From assembly GCA_032718475.1 (NCBI GenBank), contig JAUCBJ010000185.1:1-45392 (forward strand): DNA of 45,392 bases, read 5' to 3'. Of this stretch, positions 1-10,944 are shown piece by piece (within the stretch, counting starts at the first letter, position 1; each line of letters opens with the position of its first letter). The position numbers were made by a program, and so were the translations under genes. Under the pieces are notes generated by a model. It saw only the letters and a program-made list of their open reading frames with translations, made no database searches and was not told where the DNA came from. The stretch is from Nemertoderma westbladi (taxonomy: Eukaryota > Animalia > Xenacoelomorpha).

Positions 1-1177
1 TGTAAAAGCTTTTGCTGAATTGTCCGGTTATTTTTCCTTATTTTTCCCGTAAAATACTCTGTAGTTGGTTTACCAGGCATAAAAAGGCCGTGTCCTTGCT
101 GTACTGGTGTTTTAGCGGACATAAAAGCTATTTCTTCTGTATTTGTACTTTAGAGGACATAATCCGTAATTCCGTGACGTAAAAGCTCGATACTCTTGAA
201 AACAGTGTCGCTACCATGACGACGGCTAGCAGCTGATATTGCCACGTCGACGTTTCTTTGTTTCTTTGTTCTCTCGTTGTTCAGGTTGACCAATCAGAGC
301 GTTTGTTGTCTCTGTGTTGGAGGTGTATACAGAAACTCAGTAGTTCAGTGTTATGTTTTGCCCAGAGCCTAAGAACCGGCTTTTGGCACCTCCGTGTTTT
401 CAGTTTTTAGTCCTACACTAGTAGGCTTAATTATAAGGACATATATCCGTTATCTGCATACCATACATTCAACCATACCTAATCAAACAACCTGTGCATA
501 CTTTATATTGTTATACTGCTATTTACTGTCAGTTCTTCATAATATGGTTGATGAATTATTATATTTGGAATAACGATAAATAACCCCGAAACCCAATATT
601 CTTGATATACCGAAGGTAAGAGAGAAGGGTTACATATAACAATTGTGACTTATGTTAAAGTGGTTTGAAGTGAATCTAATGTTATTTGATAGACCCTACA
701 TGATTCGGTCCGTGTTCCTTTTATATGTGACTAAAATCAGTGAAGATCGGCAGATTAGTGTGCAGTATTGTGCAGCATTGTGTATGAGTGAGACTGATAA
801 CGAAGCATTTCCTAAAGAATGCGCCATATATGTGAATTGTAACTAAGCCATATCGTTGTGAGTAGTTTAAGTCATAACTCTGTTTGTATAGATAGAGCGC
901 CACGTCCTACAGGAACTGTTAATATTCCCCGAAGGTGAATAATATTGTCAGAGATTATATAATACTGTCAGTCGAATAATACATTAGGCTTACATAGCAA
1001 TAAAATTAAGCCGTCGAAATCAATCTCCCGGGTATATCCAACGGGTGAATGATCGCGCACAGATTGGTTTCAACTAGTGTAGTGAATCAAATACTTGTTA
1101 GAGGCTAAAGCGATTTATTATCTAGAAGACATCCTAATTTGGCGGGTTAAACTGCCAAAGGTCTGAAAGCGCGAACA
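1..1177 (+). repeat. 5' LTR
   Basis: Starts TGTAAAAGCTTTTGC, ends GCGCGAACA; same termini as the TSD-bounded solo LTRs at 30459-31644 and 32759-33872. Confidence 0.95.
231..300 (+). promoter_or_regulatory. Putative LTR U3 promoter elements (CAGCTG E-box; CCAATCAGAGC CCAAT box)
   Basis: CAGCTG at 231-236 and CCAAT at 290-294; both motifs recur in the same order in the diverged LTR copies near 31400-31460 and 32190-32250 (minus strand). Confidence 0.5.
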
Positions 1178-1188
1178 ATAACGGATAT
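1178..1188 (+). other. Primer-binding site position: ATAACGGATAT, non-tRNA, complementary to LTR 443-453
   Basis: Immediately follows the 5' LTR, lacks the TGG expected for tRNA CCA pairing, exact reverse complement of ATATCCGTTAT at 443-453. Confidence 0.65.
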
Positions 1189-1547
1189 CGTTTCTTTATT
1201 GCAGTAAGCAATAAAGTTGAAAGTACCGGTCAACCGGTAAACCTGAACGGTACATCTGTAGGTCAGTAGGCCCAACTGCCAGAACCGGTACTGCCGTAGG
1301 TCCGTAGGTCCAACTGCCAGAACCGGTACTTCTGTAGGTCCGTAGGCCTAACTGTCCTAACCGGTACTTCCGTATAAGTACATTAGTATTATTCGATTTG
1401 ATTGTTGCATACCGGTAGGCTGTTTAAGGGATTAGGGATTGATCACCCCTTATTCCTTTATATGGTTTACTTATTTCTGTCAAGTTTTATTTGTTTGTAG
1501 GCCAGTATTGAACAGAAGGCGTGTAAGCCTGATCAGATTGTACAGAC

Positions 1548-2120
1548 AATTTGTAGGCTGAGCTGTTGTCTGATTGCTGTTAGGTCTGAACGGATTACAG
1601 TGTGTGTAGAGCACCTGTCCGATTAAGTACGGTTAGGAAGTAGGGGCAGCAGATGCTGTAAGGTAAACCCCCAATTAAAGAATAAGTCGTACTACTGGGT
1701 TAGAACGCATACTGCCTAATCATTTCGGAGTCTGCATGTCCTGTAGTTTATTTAGGCTTGAGAGTAGTCTGCCATCGTTTAGTCTGTACTTTGTTTGTGT
1801 AAGTCTGTACGGGTAGCGTATAATTTTATTTAGATAATTTGTAGGCTGGATAGTTGTCTGGCTGTTATTGGGTCTGAACGGATTGCAGCGTGTGTAGATC
1901 ACTTGTCCGATAAAGAACGGTTAGGAAGTAGGGGCAGCGAATGCTGTAAGGTAAACCCCCAACTAAAGAATAAGTCGTACTACTGGGTTAGAACGCATAC
2001 TACCTAATTATTTCGGAGTCTGCATATACCGTAGTTTGTTTAGGCTTGATGGTAGTCTGTCGGTATTTGGTCTGCATTTTGTTTGAGTGGTTTGTACGTG
2101 TAGCGTAATATTTATTATTC
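1548..2120 (+). repeat. Two diverged tandem copies of a ~288-bp unit in the retroelement leader
   Basis: TAGAACGCATAC at 1701 and 1989; AATTTGTAGGCTG at ~1548 and ~1836. Confidence 0.85.
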
Positions 2121-3435
2121 AGAGTTTATGCGACTATCCGCAACATTCATTCCCCAAGTTTGTTCCTACAGTAATTGTGTTTGTTATACATACTGCTATA
2201 GTTAAATTAACCCCGGTACTACACGGGCTGCTTGGCGTAGGTAAAGACTGGTGATTTTGTGCACCGGTCACTCCAGCAGATGCCGTGGTTTTTTTAGCTG
2301 TTCAAGTATATTTAACTACAGATTATATGTTATACAAGTACTCGTACCTAATTTAGGGTTTAGTGTACAGTGCTTTCCGAAAGTAATTAGTGTAGGCATT
2401 ATATTTGTGTTGTAAAGTGGTTAATAGGCACGTTCGATTAGCTCTATTAACTTCTAGGTAGGAACACTCCGTGATACATAACGTAGTACCTATAGCGATA
2501 CGGCTATAGGTCGTCAGGCGGTGGTATTTTCCTATCTGGACGACGCAGTGTATTTGCTACTACGTATTATTTTCAAATACCGCAGTACCCTGTCAGTTGT
2601 AATAACCAGTTTCTAACCCTTTGTTAAGCTGGTTTGTAGACTTCTTGTAAAATTACCCTGAAAATTCGTATTTTGTGTTTTGTAAATTTTTGTGTTTATT
2701 TAGAGATTGTAATCTCACCCGAATTGTACGTAATTTGTAGTATTAAGTAACTTAGGTAAATTAGTATTATTTGTTTTAGTGTCCTATAAGTAACACTTCA
2801 CTGAAAGCGCACCGCTTTGTGTAGTGATTACTCCCTAGAAATAATAACATTTATTTCAAACATTGACTAAACCCATTAAAACGGGTATATATATATTATA
2901 AATCAAATCTAACGATTTATAAATCGTAGGCCTACCATACAACCATTAGGTCTCAATATCAGTTGGACTACTGCTCAAATAACGGTAATAAAGTAAGTAA
3001 AGTAACAAAGTAACCCTAAAATTCAGAAATTCAATTATTTAAAATAATTGATATACCGATATTTACGATAGGCCTATTATCTTTATTTCTATAAATTTAG
3101 GCTGAAATTATACCGGTACTTGTAATTAATTCTAGTCCAGAATTATATATACTACAAACTGTAAGCTGTATATCGGTATTCCCGATAGGCCTATTATATA
3201 TTTATATATATTTGTGCTAAAATTATACCGGTATTCTGTGATAAACCTAGTCTGTAATAATACTTATATAGTTATATATACTATAAGCATACCGGTATTC
3301 TAATATATTATATATATATCACGCTACACTGAGTAGCAGTATCGGTAATTAATTACTAGGCTAACAGTTAATACTGAATTACTAGACTTGCTTAGACTGT
3401 AATATAGCCGTAGGCATCCAACTGTACAAACAAAC

Positions 3436-6400
3436 ATGACTGACACAAGGCAAACTCTGTCAGATAGTCTTCTAGAAACAACAGTCTGTTTCTCAGATAG
3501 GAGTATAGAGAATCCCAGACCGAGGTCTGAAACCCCTCCTACTGTAAGAAAGACAACCCCTACAGTAGCTGTGTCAGAACCTAGGTTAGTAGAAGCGATT
3601 TCGCAATTTGCGAAGTTAGTGAAGCGCCGTTGGTCTGCCATAGGCACTCGGGCCCAAGTTAAGCGGGATCAAGAAGCAGCTGCCAAACAGCAGCAACCTC
3701 CTAGCCAAGAACCTAGTTCTCAGCGGCCCGAGAGCTCCAGTAGTTCGGATACTGTTGAGCGGACGCCCGAACGCGGAGCGAAGATGGCGGATACGGTTTA
3801 TGATGAACGGCCAACCTATGAAGAATCAACCGACGCCACTTCTTCTCAAGAAGAAAGCGAAGCGACAGCAGAGAAACCGCATAAGAGAGATGCCATTGAC
3901 ATCTATCTGTCAGACTATCAACGTTTTTTAGGTAATGACGAGTTGAGGAGAAGGTTAGAGGGACTTAGCCCTAATAGTGAAGGAACCAAGCTTGTGTTGG
4001 ATGCCATCGATGTGGAAATGAGGGCTGCGAATCAGGCTAAATTTGATGAACAACTCCGCCTGACACGAGTCCAAGAAGAACAAGTAAAGAAAAAACGGAT
4101 AGAAGATAGAAAGACAGCAGCATCGGCAGTGGCAGCGGCAGAAGCGGATAGAAAAGCGGCAGAGGCAGCGGCAGAGGCAAAAGCGGCAGCGGCAGAGGCA
4201 GAAGCGGCAGCGGCAGAGGCAAAAGCGGCAGCTGCGGCCGAAGCGGAAAGAAAAATAGCAGTAGCAGAAGCAGAACGGAGGGCGGCTGAAGAAACCATCC
4301 AATTAGAATTGGAAAACATTCAGGAGAATCAAGACTGCATAAATAAACAGTTAACAGCTAGTAATATGCAGATGATGAATCGATCTACTCCCAAAAGACA
4401 GGGATATACATCATCTGAGGAAGGCGATACCACCGATACTGAAGGCAAAGGAAATAGATCTCGTCTAAGCAGACGTAAAAGAACATTCCACCGTCAGAAA
4501 TTGCCTGATTTGCCTCCAGCTGTTAGAAGGCAACTAAATAGCACCAACTTAGGCAGTACAGAACCCACAGACCAAATAATTAAAATAGAAAGACTCCCTA
4601 CTATAGTAGATGAGCCTGAAATAATTAGGCCTGTTCTCGAAATCACCCCTTCGGTGATAGACACACCTGTGCTCCCTGAAGTTACCTCTAAATTCCCTCT
4701 GCATAGCACTAAGCTACCTGTGCCCCGTAGAACTGCCCCAGAGACAGTTCAGGTCCTGGACCCCGAGCGAAATATTCATAATTTGTCGCCCGTTGTCCAT
4801 CGTCCACCCGCTACAACGTTGGCGACTCCCGCTTCGGCGGTCGAATGGGTGGACGAGGGACGGCGGGGGATGGATATCCTGCTCGGGCAGATGCAGGAGA
4901 CTGTCCAGCAATTCAAGGGCACAGTAAGGGAAAGTAGGCTAGAGTTGCAAGAAGTGCAGCAAAGTATCGCGCTGGAACGCGATAAATTAGTAAATACTCA
5001 AAGAGGTATACCACCACCCTCTGTAACAATGTGTCAACCTGTTAGGTCTGAAGTATCTCATGCGCAAGGTGTGGAGCCTACACGCATATATACTGCTAGC
5101 GAAGTAGAAACTCCTATAGTGAACCCTATTAAGGGTAATTATAGACCTGTTGATAATGATATTCCCTATAGAACTGATCATAATCCGAGAAATTTATATA
5201 CCGATAATTCGATATTAAATAACACGATGGCCCAAGAAAGTTTTACGCGTCAAATGGCTAGAACCGAAGCCCGGCAAGCGGTAAAGGTGGGAGAGATCGT
5301 CAAGTTCAATGGAGATGAGATGAAATGGTTACCTTTTAATGAATATTACAAAGATAACATACAGAACTCTGTGCTATCTAATGGAGAGAAACTTAGATTC
5401 CTCATCGAGTGCTTGGAAGGATCTCCCAAGTCAATGGCGTTAAAATTTATTGGACATCCAGATGGATTAAGACAAGTTTGGGATACACTAAACATCAGGT
5501 ATGGTAATTGGACTAACATAGCTAGGTATTTATATGCGAAATTAATGGCGCCCCGAAAGTTTCTTAGCAGCGGGATTATAGAGTTTTCCGATGAGATTCA
5601 GGAGATCTGTAGACAACTAGATTGGTTAGGTAAGTCTCATGAATACCAGAATTCTATGGTTGTAGGAGCCTTAGCATCTACTTTGCCCAAGGGTGGAGTA
5701 GGTACACGCTGGGACAAGAAGGTGTTATATATGATGGAACAACAACGACGAGACCCTACCATGACTGATCTCATGTCATTCTTAGATAGAGAAGTGAAAT
5801 TACAGCTCCTAAGGCAGTCCAGAGAGAAGACATTGGAAAACAAGGTAAGTGAGAAACCCGTTTCTAGGAGAAGGGTAACACCAGTATGTTATACCGACGA
5901 CGGTGAAAGCCAAACTTCTCAAGGAGAGGACAGCGGGAAAGACACTGACAGATCTTATTATGTCAATAAAATGCCTAAAGATCAGGTAAGTAAATCCGAG
6001 TCTCGACCCAATGACAGAAGGGAACCGGTACAAAAAACCCTTCCTACGTCTCCTAAAAGAATTCAGGTGAGAAAGCCCGAGGAAAGAACAAGTGTGCACC
6101 ACATAGCACAGGTTAAAGTAAGTAACATCAAGCCAAAATGTGTGCTGTGCGACGGGCCCCACCGTTTAAATGCGTGTGATAAATTCCTGAGGAAATCACT
6201 AAAGGATAGACGTGAAGTGATGTGGGATAAGCGGTTGTGTTATAATTGCCTCAGACGAGGACACCAACGGCGAACCTGTTACTCCGACGCAAGGTGTGCA
6301 AAGTGCGGCGCAAAACATCATATCTTGTTGCACACGGAATTCGAACGAAACAGCCCGAGTCAGGTAAGTGAGTCCGAACTACATGTCCAATTCAGTGATG

Positions 6401-7743
6401 TGAACGACACTGATCAATCTGAGATGGAAGGATTCTATACGGACGAGTTCTCCGACGAAAACGAATCCTGTTACTTAATAAACACCACCGCAGTGTATCG
6501 AGCACTCATGTATGAGAAAGACACAGACAGCGACCTCACCCTAACTACTTCAGATCAACAACCATCTTGGAAAGCGCCAACTTCCAATATAGGAATCCGA
6601 GAATTTCCTGTAGTCCAGTTACGGGTCCACGGACCTCAGAAGAGCTATATAGTGAACGCCCTCCTGGACTCCGGTAGCACAGGAACATTCATCGATAAAG
6701 AACTAGCCGAAGTCATCTTTGCTGGACAACCCAAGTTCCGAACCAAGCTAAACATGTCAGGGATCATGCAGGTTTGGAATTCTACTGTAGCTGCCGACTA
6801 TTATATAGGTGAGTTGTCCACTCCACAGGATAAACTAGGAGAATACAGTATAAGGTCAGTAAAAATGGTGGCAATAAAGAACTTCGCTACCACCCAAGTG
6901 GAACCTTATAATTGGGACGAGGATGAGAGCATCCAACATCTTAAGATACCTCGATTCCAGACTGATTATCCTGGAGTGCAAATACTCATCGGCCAAAACG
7001 CGCATGAGGCGCTGGAGACATTAGAGAAACGACCTACTCAACCGCAACCACTTCAGACCTATGCGGTAAGAACTAGAGTAGGTTGGTACCTTACTGGACC
7101 TTCCCGTAGAACGCTCAGGGAAAGACTGCTTCAAGATCGCGTCTGCCAGGTGAGTGAATGGGAAGACGATACTAGTGAGGGAGACGACCCAACTGAGGGA
7201 ACACCACACTCCTCAGATAATGACAATCTTAACTCCAATGTAGATCAATGGAGATATTGCTCCAAGACGATGAATACAGCCGACATCGCTTCCAGAGGAG
7301 CAACTCCTCAAGAACTGACAGATACTACAGACCGGTTAGGTGAACCCGACTTCCTGAGTAAGGAGGATGAATGGCCTCCCCATCTTACTCCGACTGAGAT
7401 TAGACCAGCCAAGGGAGCGGAGAAAGTCAAACCAAAAACCCGGACGGGTGGAGCGGAGTTATTTGAACCCGGGATAGATCTGTCGGTATTACATATTGCC
7501 AGGGACGACGCCGTGGATCTGGACCTCCCCACCGCGAGTGGATCCTTCATGAAGATCAGAGAGAGCGATTGGAGCTCTGGAATATCAGACGTCTCGCAGG
7601 GACTCTCACCTCTCCTGCAGGGAGCGACGGACCACTATAGCTCCTGGAATCGGCTTTGTAAGGCCGTCGTGTACCTAGAGCGATGTTTCTATCGTCACTA
7701 TTCCAGGACGAAGAGGAAACCTGGAATTGTATTCGGGATGTAG
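3436..7743 (+). CDS. gag-pro: BEL/Pao Gag-aspartic protease polyprotein (1435 aa) with C-terminal RNase H/linker remnants
   Basis: Coiled-coil/Ala-rich N-terminus; DUF1759-like core (KFNGDEMKWLPF...EKLRFLIECLEG); CVLCDGPHRLNAC-CYNCLRRGHQRRTC-CAKCGAKHHILLH zinc knuckles; ALLDSGSTGTFI and ILIG protease motifs; RTRVGW; WRY...NTADIASRG; PDFL...EWP; YSSWNRL. No YxDD RT or DDE integrase motif seen. Confidence 0.92.
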   Translation: MTDTRQTLSDSLLETTVCFSDRSIENPRPRSETPPTVRKTTPTVAVSEPRLVEAISQFAKLVKRRWSAIGTRAQVKRDQEAAAKQQQPPSQEPSSQRPESSSSSDTVERTPERGAKMADTVYDERPTYEESTDATSSQEESEATAEKPHKRDAIDIYLSDYQRFLGNDELRRRLEGLSPNSEGTKLVLDAIDVEMRAANQAKFDEQLRLTRVQEEQVKKKRIEDRKTAASAVAAAEADRKAAEAAAEAKAAAAEAEAAAAEAKAAAAAEAERKIAVAEAERRAAEETIQLELENIQENQDCINKQLTASNMQMMNRSTPKRQGYTSSEEGDTTDTEGKGNRSRLSRRKRTFHRQKLPDLPPAVRRQLNSTNLGSTEPTDQIIKIERLPTIVDEPEIIRPVLEITPSVIDTPVLPEVTSKFPLHSTKLPVPRRTAPETVQVLDPERNIHNLSPVVHRPPATTLATPASAVEWVDEGRRGMDILLGQMQETVQQFKGTVRESRLELQEVQQSIALERDKLVNTQRGIPPPSVTMCQPVRSEVSHAQGVEPTRIYTASEVETPIVNPIKGNYRPVDNDIPYRTDHNPRNLYTDNSILNNTMAQESFTRQMARTEARQAVKVGEIVKFNGDEMKWLPFNEYYKDNIQNSVLSNGEKLRFLIECLEGSPKSMALKFIGHPDGLRQVWDTLNIRYGNWTNIARYLYAKLMAPRKFLSSGIIEFSDEIQEICRQLDWLGKSHEYQNSMVVGALASTLPKGGVGTRWDKKVLYMMEQQRRDPTMTDLMSFLDREVKLQLLRQSREKTLENKVSEKPVSRRRVTPVCYTDDGESQTSQGEDSGKDTDRSYYVNKMPKDQVSKSESRPNDRREPVQKTLPTSPKRIQVRKPEERTSVHHIAQVKVSNIKPKCVLCDGPHRLNACDKFLRKSLKDRREVMWDKRLCYNCLRRGHQRRTCYSDARCAKCGAKHHILLHTEFERNSPSQVSESELHVQFSDVNDTDQSEMEGFYTDEFSDENESCYLINTTAVYRALMYEKDTDSDLTLTTSDQQPSWKAPTSNIGIREFPVVQLRVHGPQKSYIVNALLDSGSTGTFIDKELAEVIFAGQPKFRTKLNMSGIMQVWNSTVAADYYIGELSTPQDKLGEYSIRSVKMVAIKNFATTQVEPYNWDEDESIQHLKIPRFQTDYPGVQILIGQNAHEALETLEKRPTQPQPLQTYAVRTRVGWYLTGPSRRTLRERLLQDRVCQVSEWEDDTSEGDDPTEGTPHSSDNDNLNSNVDQWRYCSKTMNTADIASRGATPQELTDTTDRLGEPDFLSKEDEWPPHLTPTEIRPAKGAEKVKPKTRTGGAELFEPGIDLSVLHIARDDAVDLDLPTASGSFMKIRESDWSSGISDVSQGLSPLLQGATDHYSSWNRLCKAVVYLERCFYRHYSRTKRKPGIVFGM

Positions 7744-8399
7744 CGACTCAATCACCCAGTCGGTCGTTTGTGTTTACCGGAAGGGAATAGAGGACTCTCC
7801 GGAAACTGTGGAAAGCAAGATTCTCTTCCCACGACCACCTCCCTAATCCTTCAAACATCTAGGGACTCCATAACGTAACAACATATGGAGTGGGTGTGTG
7901 ACTCTATTATTTTATATTATTTTATTATTTTTATATTTCTGTATGTATTACTATGTAATTTTATTATAATCGTTTTCTTTAATTTTATTCAGTAGAATGT
8001 TATTTTAGCGATTATTTAGTAGATTAGTGCAATATATATTCGCGTTTATTACTTAATTACGTATATATTATATTTAATGCGACGGCAAGAAATAATTCTT
8101 TTCCTCTTTCCTTACTGTCCGTATCATATTATAAATACGTGACTACAGTAAGATGAAATGTCCGTACTTATTAAAGTACAATAAAGCCACTACTATATTC
8201 AAGTATTATTGGTAGGCAGAGTATTAGGAATGCAAAGTTCAGATCCTCGTGTCTCGGCTAAACCAAGCTCTGGGTAGACCTTGGAAACGACTTGCCTCTT
8301 CACACTGACATTGCTTCGTGCGATATTGCTCTCATACCGTATATTAAATAATACATATAGTAGCGTGATGTCCCTTTAACAGTAGCGTATAACGCAAAA

Positions 8400-8710
8400 T
8401 AAATCTGTTAAACCCTTTGACCATCTGCAATTCTAGTCGATTAAGATATCGCGGCACCCACCGATATACTTGAAAGACAAATTTTAGAATCAGTGGTTAA
8501 CGTCCCCAGACAAGTTCTGGAATAAATTGGTGCCCATCTCAAATATTAATTATTTAATATTTGCAAATCTAATAAATCAAAATCTGTAAAATTCAGATCC
8601 TTCAACAATTCTAGTCAATTAAGATATCGTAGCATTTACCGATATTCTTAAAAAGACAATTGTCATAGAATTAAGGATCTTGTGTCCCCAGACATGTTCT
8701 AGAATCAAAA
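8400..8710 (+). repeat. Diverged ~180-bp tandem duplication in the retroelement 3' region
   Basis: CAATTCTAGTC(G/A)ATTAAGATATCG...TCCCCAGACA occurs at ~8428-8512 and ~8607-8694. Confidence 0.75.
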
Positions 8711-10936
8711 TATGTCAATTTAATTATCAAATAATAAAATTTCAGGGAATAAATTTAAATTCATGCCTTTTAATGAATTTAATAAATTGCCATTTTTACG
8801 CAATTTATAACATTCCCAAAATTCCATTAATTAATAGATCAAGGGAGCGGAGATTTATCTTATTATGAGTATGAGTGTGCGAAGTCTCCCAAACATAGTC
8901 AATAGCCGATAAAATTCATAAAGTCATGTATAAAACAGAACATTGATCATTAAAGAATTACTATTAAATAACATCCCAGATCTGTATCATTGGAATTACC
9001 CTAATTCTACCGCTAGCTTTGCATAATGTCACCATAGCAACAACCACGCTAGAATTAGAATTGAGTTAAAAGAACAATAGAAAGCTTGTCCCATTGAATA
9101 GCATAGGGAATAAATAGCGCACTGCTAGTATCCAAGGATACATAATAATACAGTGACATTCTGGAAGGCATTGACTAACGGACAAATGACCCGAGTGTGT
9201 GTAATTTGTGACAAGTTGTGTGTGTGGTATTTGTGAGTTTATAGGCGAATGTTACTACTAAGGTGTGTTTACAGTAGCGAGTCGCAATTGTGAAAGTAAC
9301 CCTAACTCTCCAGTAAGAACCTGAGGTGTATCTAAGCCTTTGGGACGGACAGTCGAGTGACTTGTACCGGTTGTCGTTGTCGTTGTGCGGCTATGTCGTT
9401 GGCGAAAGTACAGCGGCGACGACACATCGGTGCTGAGGATCTCGTACTGTCCGGGGGCGGATTGGGGTAGGCAGCGACGCCCGCTCGCCTAAATATAAAC
9501 TCATTATAATATGGATAAACTCATATATAGCAGATATGACGGAGTTGATAGAAGATGGTCTTAGTATCGGGGAGCGATATACTCTACTTTTACAAGCGTT
9601 TGTGGATAGCTTAATACGCGGCGACGTTAGTCCAACTGCTGCGGAGGACGATGGTCGTTATATCGAACCGCCAATGTCCCAAGAGCAGCTCGCGCGAGTT
9701 GGACTATAGAAAATTCGCTGCTCGATATACGCAGCGTAATGGTACGTATATGGTCTTCTTAACTACTGGTCATCCTATCGATTTACATAATACGGACTAT
9801 GTCGACTATATATCCTGCCCAGCGGAGTCGGAACCATAAACTGAAATTCGAATGCGAAAATTCTATTCGAAATCGACTCGAAAGAAAAGACACTAAAGAA
9901 ACAAATAAACGCGGTAACTCCAACGTATATTTGGAATTCTTGATAGAAGCATTGTAACAACAAATAAATATCACCCGCATTTCCCCTACCAGACGTGCGT
10001 CTTTGGTATTATTATGATAAATGCCCTAGACCCAACTAATAAACGGAAAGACATAAACATCCACGGAAACGTTGTGTTAAACACAGTTGTGCTCGTTATA
10101 TTTACTGGAGTTTCGAGCGAAACTTGTTTGACGTATCACCTATGCCACTCGGCTCGAACGATCCTGGAGTAAACCTACGATCAGAGTCCCGGAATACTCG
10201 GTCAAACCTCCTCATTCCTTAGTTGGACCTCAGACCTGCGATCCTGGTGGTGTCGCGGATCCTCGCGGACTGTATTCACTGTTCAAAGATCTAGTGCTAC
10301 CCTAACAATTAATCGGTAACACTCCGACAGTGATTTCTAGCTAGCCGCCCATCTTACCTAGCCGGATTGTGACGCGGACATTTAATATCGCCGTTTAACC
10401 CTTACCATCGTCCCGGCTTGACACGATATAACCTGTCACCAGAGTGGCGGAGAACGTTGTACCAAACGAGTTAAACGCTATTCTACAAAGATCAGAAAGG
10501 AAACCTACGTTTGTTCAGATAAACGTAAGTTATAACAGCAAGTCCAAGCGATAAACGAATTGTCTTTATCTCAGTTCGATTGTGAAATCCAGAATCTCTA
10601 AGAAGATATCGCACTTAGACAACCCCATTCTCTGCGAGAGTTTTTGGATGAACGTATCCAGCTACGAGCGGAGGAAAATCAGCTCGAGGAGAAGCATATC
10701 GAAACGGCGGATACCCCGACCATAATCCTACACCTTCTGATGCAATCATATTGCACCCTTCACCCAGGATTTATAGCCCTCCTAGTAAAGTGGCTCCCCC
10801 CAAAGAGAAAAGGACTCTTGCTAGCCTCAAGAAACTGCGTAAACGCCGTCCGCGCAAAGAAACTAACTGTTTAGAGTATCTTTATGTTTTAGAAACTGTG
10901 ATTTTTATATTTTATAGACTGAAAATCCCATTTTCT

Positions 10937-10944
10937 GGGAGCGG
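10937..10944 (+). other. Short polypurine tract (GGGAGCGG)
   Basis: G-rich tract directly abutting the TGT start of the 3' LTR. Confidence 0.65.

Noticed and set aside
780-830. Possible hammerhead ribozyme core in the LTR (CTGATAA...GAA)
   Set aside because: Does not match CUGANGA...GAAA with the required stems, and is not conserved in the solo LTRs.
652-903. Short ORFs in the LTR (and copies at 11596-11847)
   Set aside because: No recognisable motif; duplicated only because they lie in the LTRs.
3955-4319. Antisense Cys/Arg- and Ala-rich ORFs
   Set aside because: Shadows of the Ala/Glu-rich repeat in gag.
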